Positions 48,317 to 58,700 of a stretch of 64,000 nucleotides of DNA are shown here, one piece after another. This DNA is from an uncultured Bacteroidota bacterium (GTDB lineage Bacteria > Bacteroidota > Bacteroidia > Bacteroidales > GWA2-32-17), in assembly GCA_903837285.1 (NCBI GenBank), contig CAILUD010000010.1, positions 73,882 through 137,881 on the forward strand, read 5' to 3'. Below the pieces are notes generated by a model that ran no database searches, was not told where the DNA came from, and saw only the letters and a program-made list of their open reading frames with translations. Every line of letters starts with the position of its first letter. Position 1 is the stretch's first letter. A program made the position numbers and the translations under genes.

Positions 48317-49012
48317 ATGGAAAAACCCGAAAAATTCAGTATCAAAAATTGGTCAATTGAAGACCGCCCTCGCGAAAAACTTCTTTTAAAGGGCACTTCA
48401 AGTCTTTCTCCGGCTGAACTTCTTGCTATTCTTATTGGTAGCGGAAACAGAGAAGAATCTGCAGTCGATTTATCAAAAAGAATTTTACGATTAGCTAATG
48501 ATAATATTAACGAACTTGCTAAATTTGATATAGATACTTTAAAAAAAGTAAAAGGAATTGGCGAAGCAAAAGCAGTTATAATAGTTGCTGCACTGGAATT
48601 AGGTCGTCGTCGTAATGCAGAAAAGGCCATTGAGCAAGAAACAATAGTTTCGAGCAAACAAGCGTTTGAGTATTTGCAATCGATTATTGGGGATTTAACT
48701 CACGAAGAATCACATTTTTTAACATTAAATCAGGCAAGTAAAATTATAGCACATCATAAATCCAGTCAGGGTGGAATGGCTGGAACGGTTATGGATCCAC
48801 GTCTTATTTTGAAACAAGCTTTAATGGATGGTGCGTCTAAAATTATTCTTGCACATAATCACCCTAGTGGAAATCTTCAACCAAGCGAGGCCGATAAAAA
48901 TATTACAAATAAAATAAAAGAATCAGCAAAATTAATGGATATTGCTCTTTTAGATCATCTTATAATTACTCAGCAATCGTATTTTAGTTTTGCTGACGAA
49001 GGATTACTTTAA
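48317..49012 (+). CDS. radC: RadC-like JAB-domain protein (UPF0758)
   Basis: N-terminal HhH region (RPREKLL, LSPAELLAILIGSG) and the JAMM motif HNHPSG. The track start is a TTG at 48299. The ATG at 48317 gives the usual MEKPEKFSIKNW start. Confidence 0.85.
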   Translation: MEKPEKFSIKNWSIEDRPREKLLLKGTSSLSPAELLAILIGSGNREESAVDLSKRILRLANDNINELAKFDIDTLKKVKGIGEAKAVIIVAALELGRRRNAEKAIEQETIVSSKQAFEYLQSIIGDLTHEESHFLTLNQASKIIAHHKSSQGGMAGTVMDPRLILKQALMDGASKIILAHNHPSGNLQPSEADKNITNKIKESAKLMDIALLDHLIITQQSYFSFADEGLL

Positions 49013-49046
49013 AAATTGTAACTGATTAAAATTTCAATAAAAATAG

Positions 49047-50351
49047 ATGTTACTAATTTACACACCAATTAATACTAAGAGGTTAAACTATATTTTAAAG
49101 TTTTTCTTTGGACAATTAATTGGTTGCGATTTTAAAGTTACAACTGTTTTTAGTGAGTATTCTGATTATTCTGGACCGCGAATTAATTATTCCGATAAAA
49201 ACAGTTTGGGAAGTATATGGATTTCTTCGTCAGAAATTATGTTTTCAGATACAATTATACAATTTGAACTAGAAATTGCAGAATCTGTATGGGGAAAAAT
49301 TATATTTCCAAAATCCGAAAACAAAGAAATACCATTTGATGTATTTGCAGCATCGTTTTATTTAGCAAGTCGTTATGAAGAATATTTGCCTTTTTCTGTC
49401 GATTCGCATGGTCGATTTTCACATGAATCGTCAATTGCTTTTAAAGCAGGATTTTTACAAAAACCGATAATTAATATTTGGGCAGAAAAATTTCGCAAAA
49501 TTCTTTTTGCAAATTATCCGGAACTAGTTTTTAAAAAACAAAATTTTAATTTTATTTCAACAATTGATATTGATAATGCTTTTGCATATAAGGAAAAGGG
49601 ATTTATTAGAACTTCAGGTGGTTATATTCTTTCCTTATTAAAAGGAAAAACAAAAGATTTTAAACAAAGATCAAATGTTTTAAATGGAAAGATACAAGAT
49701 CCATATGATACCTTTGATTATATTCGAGTGAAGCATTTGCCAAATAAAATTAGCCTAAAGATTTTTATTCTAGCAGGAAAGTATTCAAAATATGATAAAA
49801 ATGTAAAGCTTTCTAGCCCGTTATTTTCAAAAGTCATTAAAGAACTATCAGGTTATAGTGAAATAGGAATTCATCCATCATATCTTTCAAATTTTAAAGA
49901 GACATTAACTGAGGAAAAGAAAAACCTAGAAAAGGTAATAGAAAATAAAATTTCAATTTCCCGTCAGCATTTTTTAATGATGAAACTTCCAGAAACATAT
50001 CAAAAGCTTATAGAAAATGAAATTAAAATTGATTTTTCAATGGGCTATTCAGATGTTGTTGGATATAGAGCCGGAACCTGCTCGCCATTTTATTTTTTTG
50101 ATATTAAAAAAAATCAGGAAACAGAACTTTTAATTTATCCCTTTGCATGGATGGATAGAACATTGCGACAACATTTACAGTTATCGCCTAAAGAAGCAAT
50201 TGAATTTATTAATAAAAACATTGCTGAAATTAAAGAATTGAATGGCACATTTGTATCTTTGTGGCATAACGAATCGCTTGGCGATATTGGCTATTGGAAG
50301 GGTTGGAAAGCCGTTTTTGAAAACATGATAAATAATGCAAATAAAAGTTGA
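49047..50351 (+). CDS. Hypothetical protein, polysaccharide-deacetylase-like C-terminal half (DUF7033-type N-terminus)
   Basis: 434 aa. It is conserved-looking and has no signal peptide. The IGIHPSY and VSLWHNESLG patterns recall the NodB/deacetylase fold. The call is tentative. Confidence 0.4.
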   Translation: MLLIYTPINTKRLNYILKFFFGQLIGCDFKVTTVFSEYSDYSGPRINYSDKNSLGSIWISSSEIMFSDTIIQFELEIAESVWGKIIFPKSENKEIPFDVFAASFYLASRYEEYLPFSVDSHGRFSHESSIAFKAGFLQKPIINIWAEKFRKILFANYPELVFKKQNFNFISTIDIDNAFAYKEKGFIRTSGGYILSLLKGKTKDFKQRSNVLNGKIQDPYDTFDYIRVKHLPNKISLKIFILAGKYSKYDKNVKLSSPLFSKVIKELSGYSEIGIHPSYLSNFKETLTEEKKNLEKVIENKISISRQHFLMMKLPETYQKLIENEIKIDFSMGYSDVVGYRAGTCSPFYFFDIKKNQETELLIYPFAWMDRTLRQHLQLSPKEAIEFINKNIAEIKELNGTFVSLWHNESLGDIGYWKGWKAVFENMINNANKS

Positions 50352-51268
50352 AGATTCAATATTTACAACATAAAAAGATAGATTTTAAAAAATGGGACGA
50401 ATGCATACGAAAATCCATTAACGGAAATTTATATGCTTTTTCCTGGTATTTGGACATTGTTAGTAAAAATTGGAATGCACTTGTTTTAAATAATTATGAA
50501 GCAGTTATGCCAATCACTCATTCTTCAAAAATGGGAATTTCATTTTTGGCACAACCATTATTTGCACAGCAATTGGGGTTGTTTTCAACAAAAGGAACAA
50601 CTTTAGAAATACTAAACGATTTTATTGCTGCAATTCCTAAATCATATAAATACATTGAAATAAATTTAAATAAATACAATGTATTAGATGCAGCTATAAA
50701 GGGAATAAAAAAGAATCATAATTTTGAATTAGATTTGATTTATACTTACGATCAGCTGTTCAAAAAATTTTCAGAAAACACCAAGCGAAATATTGGAAAA
50801 TCTATTAATAATGGTTTATCAATTATTCCTAATACATGCACTGTTAACGATTTTGTGAGCTTAATCAAAAATAATATTGGTGTAAAAGTTGAAAATGTTC
50901 CTTCTGAAAAATATAACGACATTAAAAAAATAATAAATTTCGCAATTCAAAATAATTTTGGCGAAATAGTAGCAACTTATAATGTTAAAAATGAATTAGT
51001 TGCAGCAGCTTTTTTTATGTTTTCTCATAAGAAAGCAATTTATCTTTTTGCCGCCTCTACCGAAGAAGGAAAAGAAAAAAGAGCAATGTTTCTTATTCTT
51101 GACGAATTCATTAAGAAATATTCAGAAAAAAATTTAATTTTAGATTTTGAAGGATCAAACATAGAAGGGCTTGCTAGATTTTATAAAGGATTTGGTGCAA
51201 CAGACTGTGAGTACTTGACAATTAAGCAGAACCGTTTGCCATTTCCACTAAAATTGTTTAAAAAGTAA
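50348..51268 (+). CDS. Hypothetical protein, FemAB/GNAT (Acetyltransf_6)-like
   Basis: 306 aa. The TTG start overlaps the upstream TGA (TTGA). The C-terminal half (AAAFFMFSHKKAIYLFAAS, EGLARFYKGFG) resembles the peptidoglycan-bridge FemX/BioF2-like acyltransferase fold. Confidence 0.4.
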   Translation: MKIQYLQHKKIDFKKWDECIRKSINGNLYAFSWYLDIVSKNWNALVLNNYEAVMPITHSSKMGISFLAQPLFAQQLGLFSTKGTTLEILNDFIAAIPKSYKYIEINLNKYNVLDAAIKGIKKNHNFELDLIYTYDQLFKKFSENTKRNIGKSINNGLSIIPNTCTVNDFVSLIKNNIGVKVENVPSEKYNDIKKIINFAIQNNFGEIVATYNVKNELVAAAFFMFSHKKAIYLFAASTEEGKEKRAMFLILDEFIKKYSEKNLILDFEGSNIEGLARFYKGFGATDCEYLTIKQNRLPFPLKLFKK

Positions 51269-51272
51269 TAAG

Positions 51273-51935
51273 ATGGAAATAAAAATACTAAGCGAAAAAA
51301 ACACGGTTTTAAACCAGTTCATTTCAGAAATAAGAGATGTAAGTGTTCAAAGTGATAGTTTACGTTTTCGTCGTAATATGGAACGCATTGGCGAAATAAT
51401 GGCTTATGAAATTAGTAAACAACTGGTTTACGAAGAAAGAGAAGTAACAACCCCTTTGGGTATAGCAAATGTTGTTGTACCTGCAGAAAAACCCGTTTTG
51501 GCAACAATTTTAAGAGCTGGATTACCACTTCATCAAGGAATGTTAAATTATTTCGATGGTGCAGATAGCTCTTTTATTAGTGCTTTTAGAAAATATAGTA
51601 AAGATGGATCATTTCATATTGAATTAGAATATATTTCTTGTCCTGGTTTAGATGATAGAACATTAGTTTTGTGCGATCCGATGTTGGCAACCGGTTCATC
51701 AATGATATTAGCATTTAATTCACTTTTGAAAAACGGAAAACCACGACATACACATATTGTTACAGTTATTGCTTGTAAAGATGGAATTAACTATATGCAA
51801 AAACATTTGTGTTCTAAAAATGTTACTTTATGGGCAGCTGCAGTCGACGAAGAATTAACTGTAAAATCATTTATTGTACCTGGCCTTGGTGATGCTGGCG
51901 ATTTGGCTTATGGTAACAAAGAACATAATTATTAA
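51273..51935 (+). CDS. upp: Uracil phosphoribosyltransferase
   Basis: 220 aa. PRPP motif LVLCDPMLATGSS and a C-terminal IVPGLGDAGD. Confidence 0.9.
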   Translation: MEIKILSEKNTVLNQFISEIRDVSVQSDSLRFRRNMERIGEIMAYEISKQLVYEEREVTTPLGIANVVVPAEKPVLATILRAGLPLHQGMLNYFDGADSSFISAFRKYSKDGSFHIELEYISCPGLDDRTLVLCDPMLATGSSMILAFNSLLKNGKPRHTHIVTVIACKDGINYMQKHLCSKNVTLWAAAVDEELTVKSFIVPGLGDAGDLAYGNKEHNY

Positions 51936-51968
51936 ATCTCAGTTGAGAAATTCAATTGACGATTAACA

Positions 51969-52475
51969 ATGTTCTATAAAATATCAATATTAATTCTGGT
52001 TAGTTCTGTAAAATTTATTTTTGCTTTTCCTTTAGCATTTGGTTATAAGTTTGCCTTTATTGAAACGCTTTGTTATACTTCGGCAGGAGGTATTTTGGGT
52101 GTAATATTCTTTGCATTTATTTCCGATGAATTGATAATTTTTTATAATTGGTTTATTCATGTTTATATGCACAATCACCCAAAATCAAGGGTTTTTGCAA
52201 AAAGTATAAAAGATAGATATAGAAAAATATTTCCAGCTAAAGAGAAAAAAATTTTTAGCAAAAAATCAAAACGCTTTGTTAAAATTAAAAAGTCGTGGGG
52301 ATTAGTAGGAGTCGCTATTTTAACCCCTTTAATTTTGTCAATTCCAATCGGAACTTTTTTAGCTATTAGATTTTTTAAAAGAACTAAAAAAACTATTATT
52401 ATTCTTTGTACTTCAGTAATTTCTTGGTCTTTATTGTTAAGCAGTATCTTGCATTTTACCAATATTAGATTTTAG
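51969..52475 (+). CDS. Small hypothetical membrane protein (4 TM, basic central loop)
   Basis: 168 aa, hydrophobic segments only. The 3' end overlaps convergent folK by 11 nt. Confidence 0.45.
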   Translation: MFYKISILILVSSVKFIFAFPLAFGYKFAFIETLCYTSAGGILGVIFFAFISDELIIFYNWFIHVYMHNHPKSRVFAKSIKDRYRKIFPAKEKKIFSKKSKRFVKIKKSWGLVGVAILTPLILSIPIGTFLAIRFFKRTKKTIIILCTSVISWSLLLSSILHFTNIRF

Positions 52476-52950
52476 TTGCCGTACATTTATCCTCACATTC
52501 TTTTAGTAAATTGCTTATGCTTTTGTTTAATGTTGGATGAATCCAATCAGGTGCAATTTCCATAATGGGTAAAAGAGTAAACTTTCTTAAATGCATCCGT
52601 GGATGAGGTATATTAAGCTCGGGAGTATCTATAACAATATTCCCAAAAGAAATAATATCTATGTCAATAATCCTGTTTTCGTAACCGTTTTTATTTGATC
52701 GTTCTCTGCCAATTCCGCTTTCAACTTTGTTAAGTTGTTTAATTAATTCGGTGGGAGATAGTTTAGTCTCTATAGAAATGGCCATATTATAAAAAGGCAA
52801 ATCTGATGAAAAACCCCATGGCTCAGTTTCGTAAATACTAGATTCAATTAAAACTCTACCTGCATTTTGGTTTATAAGAATAATAGAATTTTTTAAATTC
52901 TTAAGTCTGTTGCCAATATTTGTACCTAAAAGTAATATTACAGAATTCAT
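52465..52950 (-). CDS. folK: 2-amino-4-hydroxy-6-hydroxymethyldihydropteridine diphosphokinase
   Basis: 161 aa. LLGTNIG, ETEPWG, IDIDII and IPHPRMHLRKF are HPPK hallmarks. Confidence 0.9.
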   Translation of the reverse strand: MNSVILLLGTNIGNRLKNLKNSIILINQNAGRVLIESSIYETEPWGFSSDLPFYNMAISIETKLSPTELIKQLNKVESGIGRERSNKNGYENRIIDIDIISFGNIVIDTPELNIPHPRMHLRKFTLLPIMEIAPDWIHPTLNKSISNLLKECEDKCTATKI

Positions 52951-52965
52951 AAAAATAACATTATA

Positions 52966-53175
52966 CTATAATGCTGTTGCAGAATATCCTGCTTTTTTTA
53001 CCAATTGAAGTATTTCTGCTTCTGTAATATTTTCGAATGTAACAGTTAAAACTTTATCGGCATGTGCTAAATCAGTATCCCATGATTTAATACGGGGCTC
53101 GTTTTTGAAAATAACATCAACTTTGGAACTACATCCACTGCATTTAAAATTTGTTTTAAATTGTTTTGTTTCCAT
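52966..53175 (-). CDS. Heavy-metal-associated (HMA) domain protein, CopZ-like chaperone
   Basis: 69 aa with a CSGC metal-binding pair in a ferredoxin-like pattern. It lies downstream of copA. Confidence 0.7.
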   Translation of the reverse strand: METKQFKTNFKCSGCSSKVDVIFKNEPRIKSWDTDLAHADKVLTVTFENITEAEILQLVKKAGYSATAL

Positions 53176-53212
53176 ATTTATATTTAGGGTTTTTGATTTA
53201 GGAAAGTTTATT

Positions 53213-53244
53213 TGTGAAAATCTGTTTTATCAGTTTAATCTGCG
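53213..53244 (-). repeat. GATT/AAAC-type short repeat unit (minus strand: CGCAGATTAAACTGATAAAACAGATTTTCACA)
   Basis: Internal direct repeats (AGATTAAAC / GATAAAAC / AGATTTTC). From memory, it resembles a repeat class common in Bacteroidota intergenic DNA. Confidence 0.45.
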
Positions 53245-53330
53245 TTGCCATTTTTTATTTTTAATCTGTTATAATATCTCTTTGGCGCAAGTCTGTGACT
53301 TGTGACAAAACTACAATATTTGAAAGGAGA

Positions 53331-53353
53331 TGGCGGGTCAGGCCTGCCATGAC
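53331..53353 (-). repeat. GTCATGGCAGG..CCGCCA hairpin unit
   Basis: The minus strand reads GTCATGGCAGGCCTGACCCGCCA. This is a GC-rich hairpin (ATGGC/GCCAT) related to the GTCA-type units elsewhere in the window. Confidence 0.5.
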
Positions 53354-53416
53354 GATAATATATTGTTTTTTAACTGCATTAATTTGTATAATCAGCGTCA
53401 TCAGTGTTGTCATTAT

Positions 53417-55636
53417 TTAGAACTTAACATAACGTAATCTTAAACTATTCATTATAACAGAAACGGAACTTAATGCCATTGCAGCACCGGCAATCATCGG
53501 ATTTAACAAATAATCAAAGAATGGGTATAAAATTCCTGCAGCAACTGGAATGCCAATAACATTATATACAAATGCCCAGAAAAGATTTTGTTTTACTGCC
53601 CTGATTGTAAATTTCGATAATTTAATTGCCTGTGAAACTTTAATGGGGTCGGATGTAACAAGTGTTATATCTGCAACATCTATTGCTATGTCAGATCCTT
53701 TACCCATTGCCATGCTAACATTTGCTTCGGTAAGTGCTTGTGCATCATTAATTCCGTCGCCAATCATTGCAATTATTTTTCCTGATTTTTTTAGATTAAT
53801 AACATATTCTGCTTTTTGTGATGGTAACAATGCTGCTTCAAAATTATCTAAATCTAATTTTTCTGAAACAATTTTTGCCGTTTGAATATTATCTCCAGTT
53901 AAAAGAATAGTTTTTATTCCCATTTCTTTTAACATTGTTATGGCTTTTACAGCACTGTTTTTTATTTTATCGGTTAAAGCAATGGCAACAATAATTTTAT
54001 TTCCCAATCCTGCATATACTACCGTATATCCTAGTTTTAATAATCTTTCAGATTCGTTAATAATGTGCAAGCTTGGTTTCATTCCTAAGTTATCCAGAAA
54101 TTTTATACTTCCAATGCCTATAGAATTATTTGCAATTTCTGCAGTTATTCCCATTCCTGCATGGTTTTTAAAATTGATTATATTTTCAATTTTAAATTCT
54201 TTTTGTAAAAAGTATTGTGAAATAGCTTTTGCCAAAGGGTGCTCTGAAGCTGATTCTGCCGATAAAATTGCGGTAATATTAATGTCAGAGTTATATCCAA
54301 GTTCCCAAACTATTTTTTCAACTTCTGGTTTTCCTTCTGTTAGAGTGCCCGTCTTATCAAATGCAACTACAGAAATTTTGCAAGCATTTTCAAGACTTGC
54401 TGCATCTCTTATTAAGATTCCGTTTTCGGCTCCTTTTCCTATGCCAACCATTATTGCAGTTGGTGTTGCTAATCCAAGTGCGCATGGACAAGCAATTACT
54501 AAAACTGTAACTAATGATAATACTGCATGAGTAATAAATGGGAAACCTCCAATAAAAATCCATAAACCAAAACTTAATAATGCTATTCCCATAACAACAG
54601 GAACAAATATTCCTGCAATTCTATCAGCTAAATTCTGAACTGGTGCTTTTGATCCCTGCGCATGTTTTACTGCTTTAATAATCTGTCCTAATACCGAATT
54701 ATTCCCAACACCTGTTGCCTCAAAAATAAAAGCTCCAGATTGATTAATAGTTCCGGCAAAAACTTTTTCACCTTTTATTTTTTCATTTGGAATTGGTTCA
54801 CCGGTAATTGCACTTTCATCAACAAATGATTGTCCAGACACTAAAATTCCATCTACCGGAATTCTTTCGCCTGGCCTTACTTTAATAATCATACCCGGTT
54901 CTGCAACTCGTAAATCAATTTCTCTTTCTTCATCTCCATCAATAATTGCAATAGTTTTTGGTTGAAGCCCTATAAGATTTTTTAAAGCTGATGAGGTTTT
55001 TAATCTTGAGCGCGCTTCAAGAAGTCTGCCTGTTAAAATAAAACTTATAATAATAGCTGCCGATTCATAATAAACATGTGCTTCAACGCCATTCGAAACA
55101 AGCCATTGTGGATAAACGGTATTAAGTAAACTGAAAAGAAATGAAAATCCAGTACTTAATGCAACAAGCGTATCCATGTTTGCTTTTCCATGGCTTGCTT
55201 GTTTAAATGCAATTTTATAAAAAGATTTTCCAAAAAATATAATTACACAAAAAGTAAGTATCATCATTATCCAGTTCAAATTATGGTAATGATGAAAAAA
55301 CATGGCCATTATAAATACTGGAACAGAAAAAGCAAAAGAACCAATAACATCTCTGGTTAAAGCCTTAATCTCATTTAATTGTTCTTTTTCTACAATATTT
55401 TCAGATTCGGATTCAAGAATTAAATTATAACCAAATGCATCAACAGCATTTTTAAAATCAACTGGACTAACAATTTCAGAGTTGTAGTTTATCTGTACGG
55501 TTCTTGTTGCAAAATTTACAGAAGCATTATTTATTCCTTTAACGCTGGACAATGATGATTCAACAGAAATGGCACATGCAGCACAAGCCATTCCCGAAAC
55601 CGGATATTCAACAGATATATTATTTTTTGATTCCAA
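53417..55636 (-). CDS. copA: Copper-translocating P1B-type ATPase
   Basis: 739 aa. N-terminal HMA (GMACAACA), CPC in the TM helix, DKTGTLT, SEHPL and GDGINDA. The inferred start is TTG. Confidence 0.92.
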   Translation of the reverse strand: MESKNNISVEYPVSGMACAACAISVESSLSSVKGINNASVNFATRTVQINYNSEIVSPVDFKNAVDAFGYNLILESESENIVEKEQLNEIKALTRDVIGSFAFSVPVFIMAMFFHHYHNLNWIMMILTFCVIIFFGKSFYKIAFKQASHGKANMDTLVALSTGFSFLFSLLNTVYPQWLVSNGVEAHVYYESAAIIISFILTGRLLEARSRLKTSSALKNLIGLQPKTIAIIDGDEEREIDLRVAEPGMIIKVRPGERIPVDGILVSGQSFVDESAITGEPIPNEKIKGEKVFAGTINQSGAFIFEATGVGNNSVLGQIIKAVKHAQGSKAPVQNLADRIAGIFVPVVMGIALLSFGLWIFIGGFPFITHAVLSLVTVLVIACPCALGLATPTAIMVGIGKGAENGILIRDAASLENACKISVVAFDKTGTLTEGKPEVEKIVWELGYNSDINITAILSAESASEHPLAKAISQYFLQKEFKIENIINFKNHAGMGITAEIANNSIGIGSIKFLDNLGMKPSLHIINESERLLKLGYTVVYAGLGNKIIVAIALTDKIKNSAVKAITMLKEMGIKTILLTGDNIQTAKIVSEKLDLDNFEAALLPSQKAEYVINLKKSGKIIAMIGDGINDAQALTEANVSMAMGKGSDIAIDVADITLVTSDPIKVSQAIKLSKFTIRAVKQNLFWAFVYNVIGIPVAAGILYPFFDYLLNPMIAGAAMALSSVSVIMNSLRLRYVKF

Positions 55637-55763
55637 ATTTGGAATTTAAAGAAAACAAAGATAAGGTTTAATAGATGTTTTTAAATGAAGTTTTCTTATT
55701 TTTTTCTTATTTTAAACTTTCAAATTAAGTCAAAATATTATCTTTACATAAATATTGAAATAC

Positions 55764-58700
55764 ATGCAAAGCAAAGCACCAAAGTCAACTGTTAATGTTG
55801 AAAGTGAAAATAAATTTAAATCACTTTTTTATAATTCACCAACAGGAATTGCTCTAATTGATATTAATGGAATTGTTAAAGAAGTTAATACAGTTATTTT
55901 ATCTTTACTTGGTTCGCCTTCTGCCGAAGCAACTATTGGAATAAATGTACTTGAATTCGAGCCTCTTGTTAATGTTGGATTTGCTGACGATTTTAAAAAA
56001 TGTTTAAAAACAGGGACCATAGTAAGCAAAGTAGTGTATTATGTTACCAAATGGAAAAAAGGGATATTTGTTCAATATACATTATCGTCAATTTCTAAAA
56101 ATGAAGGACTTATTTCGGGTGTAATATTAAATGTTATTGATGTTACTGCGCAAAAAAATGCTGAAGAAAAAGAGAAGAAACATTTTAGTGATCTTGAATT
56201 CATTACCAAATCTGCAACCGAAATACTTGAACTTCAGACAAGCACTAATCCGTTGTATTTTATTGGCGAAAAATTAAAATCATTACTTGGAGATAAAACA
56301 GTTATCATTAATAAGTATTTTGCCGAAACAAAATCATCTTCTATCGAGTATGCTTTCATGACAGAAGAAAGAAAAAAGGAATTTAATGAATTATTAAATA
56401 AAAATATTGAAAGGCTAAAATTTAATAAGACTCCACCGCCTGTTCATCAGTTAAATTATACGAAGAAATTGATAGAATTAGATCCTGTGGATTTTTTTAT
56501 TAATGCATGTTTTTTCCCCGAAAAGGAATCAAAGAAAATTATTGAACTACATAATGTTAGTAAAGTTTATTTTATGGGTATTTGCCCAGAAAATAATTTA
56601 TTGGCAAGTTTAATTATAATAACTTATAATAACGAAATTATTGATAACAAAGAAGTAATTGAAACATTTATCAATCAAACTTCTATTGTACTTCAGCGAC
56701 AATTTGCTCTTAAAAATTTAAGTGAAGCCGAACGTTTATATAGTAATACTTTAAACTCAATTAGTGAATTAATACATGTAACAGATCGAAATCAAAATGT
56801 AATATTTGCAAATTCTGCACTTAAAAATATATATATAAACTTGGGGCTTGATTCTAATATTGAAGGAAAAAACATTAAAGAAGTATTTCCATTTTTAACA
56901 GATAGCATTATTGAGAATTATAAGAGAGTAATAAACGATAAAACTCCAGTTTTTTCAGAAGAAACCAATTTCATAAATGGTAGAGTTTTTCATACCGAAA
57001 CAATTATTACTCCTGTAATAGAAAATGAAGAAGTTACTCGACTTATAACCTCTGTTAGAGATGTTACCCAAAATAAGCTTTCCGAATTAGAAATTAAAGT
57101 ATTAAAAGAGCTTAATGAAAGTGTTATTCAGAACATGAACGAAGGCATTTTTATGGAAGATGAAAATGGGATAATTGTTATGGTTAATCCTTCTTTTTGT
57201 AAAATGGTAGGTAAAGACAGAGAAAAGCTGATAGGTAAATCAGCATTGTCTATTATTCCAATAAAATTACAAAATAAAGTAAAGTTTGCTAAATCAAATC
57301 TAATTTCATATAGGGATCATGCTTTTGAAATTGAATTTAATAATAAAGCTGGTTCAAAAATTACAGCAATTCATAGTTTTGTGCCAATTTATCATGATAA
57401 CAAAATAAAAAATATTGTTTCAGTTTTTACTGATATTAGTAATAGAAAAACAATGGAGCAGGATCTTATTTCTGCTAAGGAAAAAATTGAAGAAAGTGAA
57501 GAAAAGTTTAGAGCAATATTTGAAACTGCAAGTGATGGAATTCTATTGTCAGATGCAATTACTAATAAATTTATTTTTGCTAATCCACAAATGTGTAATT
57601 TAACAGGGTATAATTATAAAGAGTTGCTAAGTATTGGCATTAAAGAACTTTATCCTTTTAATAATTTGGAAGAAGCTTTAGCTCGTTTTCAGAAACAGCT
57701 TAAAAATGAAATTAGTGTAGTTGAAGATATACCTATTCTTAAAAAGAATGGTGATTTAGTTTATTGCGATATAAATTCTTCTGTTATGGAAGTTAGTGGA
57801 AAGAAATTTTTACTAGGTTTTTTTCGCGATGTAACAAAGAGAAAAATAGCTGATCAGGAATTGTTAAAATCAAAAATAAAAATTGAGGAAAGTGAAAAGA
57901 AATTCAGGGAGCTTTATGAGAAATCTGGGGATGCTATTTTAATTATAAACAATGGATTGTTTGTTGATTGCAATCAAGCAACAGTAGACATGTTAAAATA
58001 TAAAAGTAAAGAAGAATTTTTGCAAGTTCATCCTTCGGTATTATCACCCGAAATTCAGTCTGACGGAAAGAGTTCAAAAGAAAAAGCAGAAGAAATGATG
58101 AATAGTGCATTAAATAAAGGCACACATAGGTTTGAATGGGATCATAAAAAATCTGACGGAGAAGTTTTTCCGGTTGAAGTTTTACTAACTGCAATTTCAA
58201 ACGAATCAGATAATAAAGTTATACATACTGTTTGGAGAGATATAACTGAAAGAAAAAATGCAGAGGAAGCCCTTATTAAAAGTGAAAACCATTTACGTAA
58301 TATTTTAGAATTATCAAATTTAGCGATGGCGATTATAAGTTTTGATGGTACTATAGAATTTATAAATAAGCAGGCTGTTAAGACTTTTGGATATTTACAT
58401 GAAGAAATACCTAATATGGATAGTTGGTGGAATTTAGCATATCCTGAAGAGAAATACCGAAAGCAAACAATAGAGCAATTTATGGGCTTGGTGAATAAAG
58501 CGATAGTTGAAAACTGTGAAATTGAACGCCGCGAATATTACCCAACATGTAAAGATGGTATCATAAAAACAATGATAATTTTTGGTGTTGTAGTTGAGAA
58601 TAAGATTTTTGTAATGTTTGATGATATTTCTGAGCGTAAAGAAGCAGAGTTGGAACTAATAAAAACCAAAGAAAAGGCGGAAGAAAGCGATATGCTTAAG

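Noticed and set aside
47907-49012. tRNA-Glu as an integration site for a genomic island, given that radC-like genes often ride on mobile elements
   Set aside because: I found no duplication of the tRNA-Glu 3' end anywhere downstream and no integrase. The following genes (rpsT, radC, upp, folK) are housekeeping. The tRNA-rpsT spacing of 27 nt suggests simple co-transcription.
53261-53413. 50-codon minus-strand ORF (MTTLMTLIIQINAVKKQYIIVMAGLTRHLLSNIVVLSQVTDLRQRDIITD) starting 3 nt after the copA stop
   Set aside because: Most of its length is translation of the intergenic repeat units; for example, VMAGLTRH is the GTCATGGCAGGCCTGACCCGCCA unit. This kind of ORF arises by chance wherever such repeats stack. 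It has no motif and no coding-like composition.
53940-54530. 196-aa plus-strand ORF, with similar long ORFs at 39860-40294, 48280-48657, 33903-34238, 35671-36006, 7241-7561, 21295-21576 and 52175-52462
   Set aside because: Each lies antisense to, or straddles, a gene with strong family motifs (copA, the LytS kinase, radC, rplY/pth, prs/engB and others). Their translations are low-complexity and Ser/Ile/Phe-rich with no motifs. These are typical shadow ORFs of AT-rich genomes.
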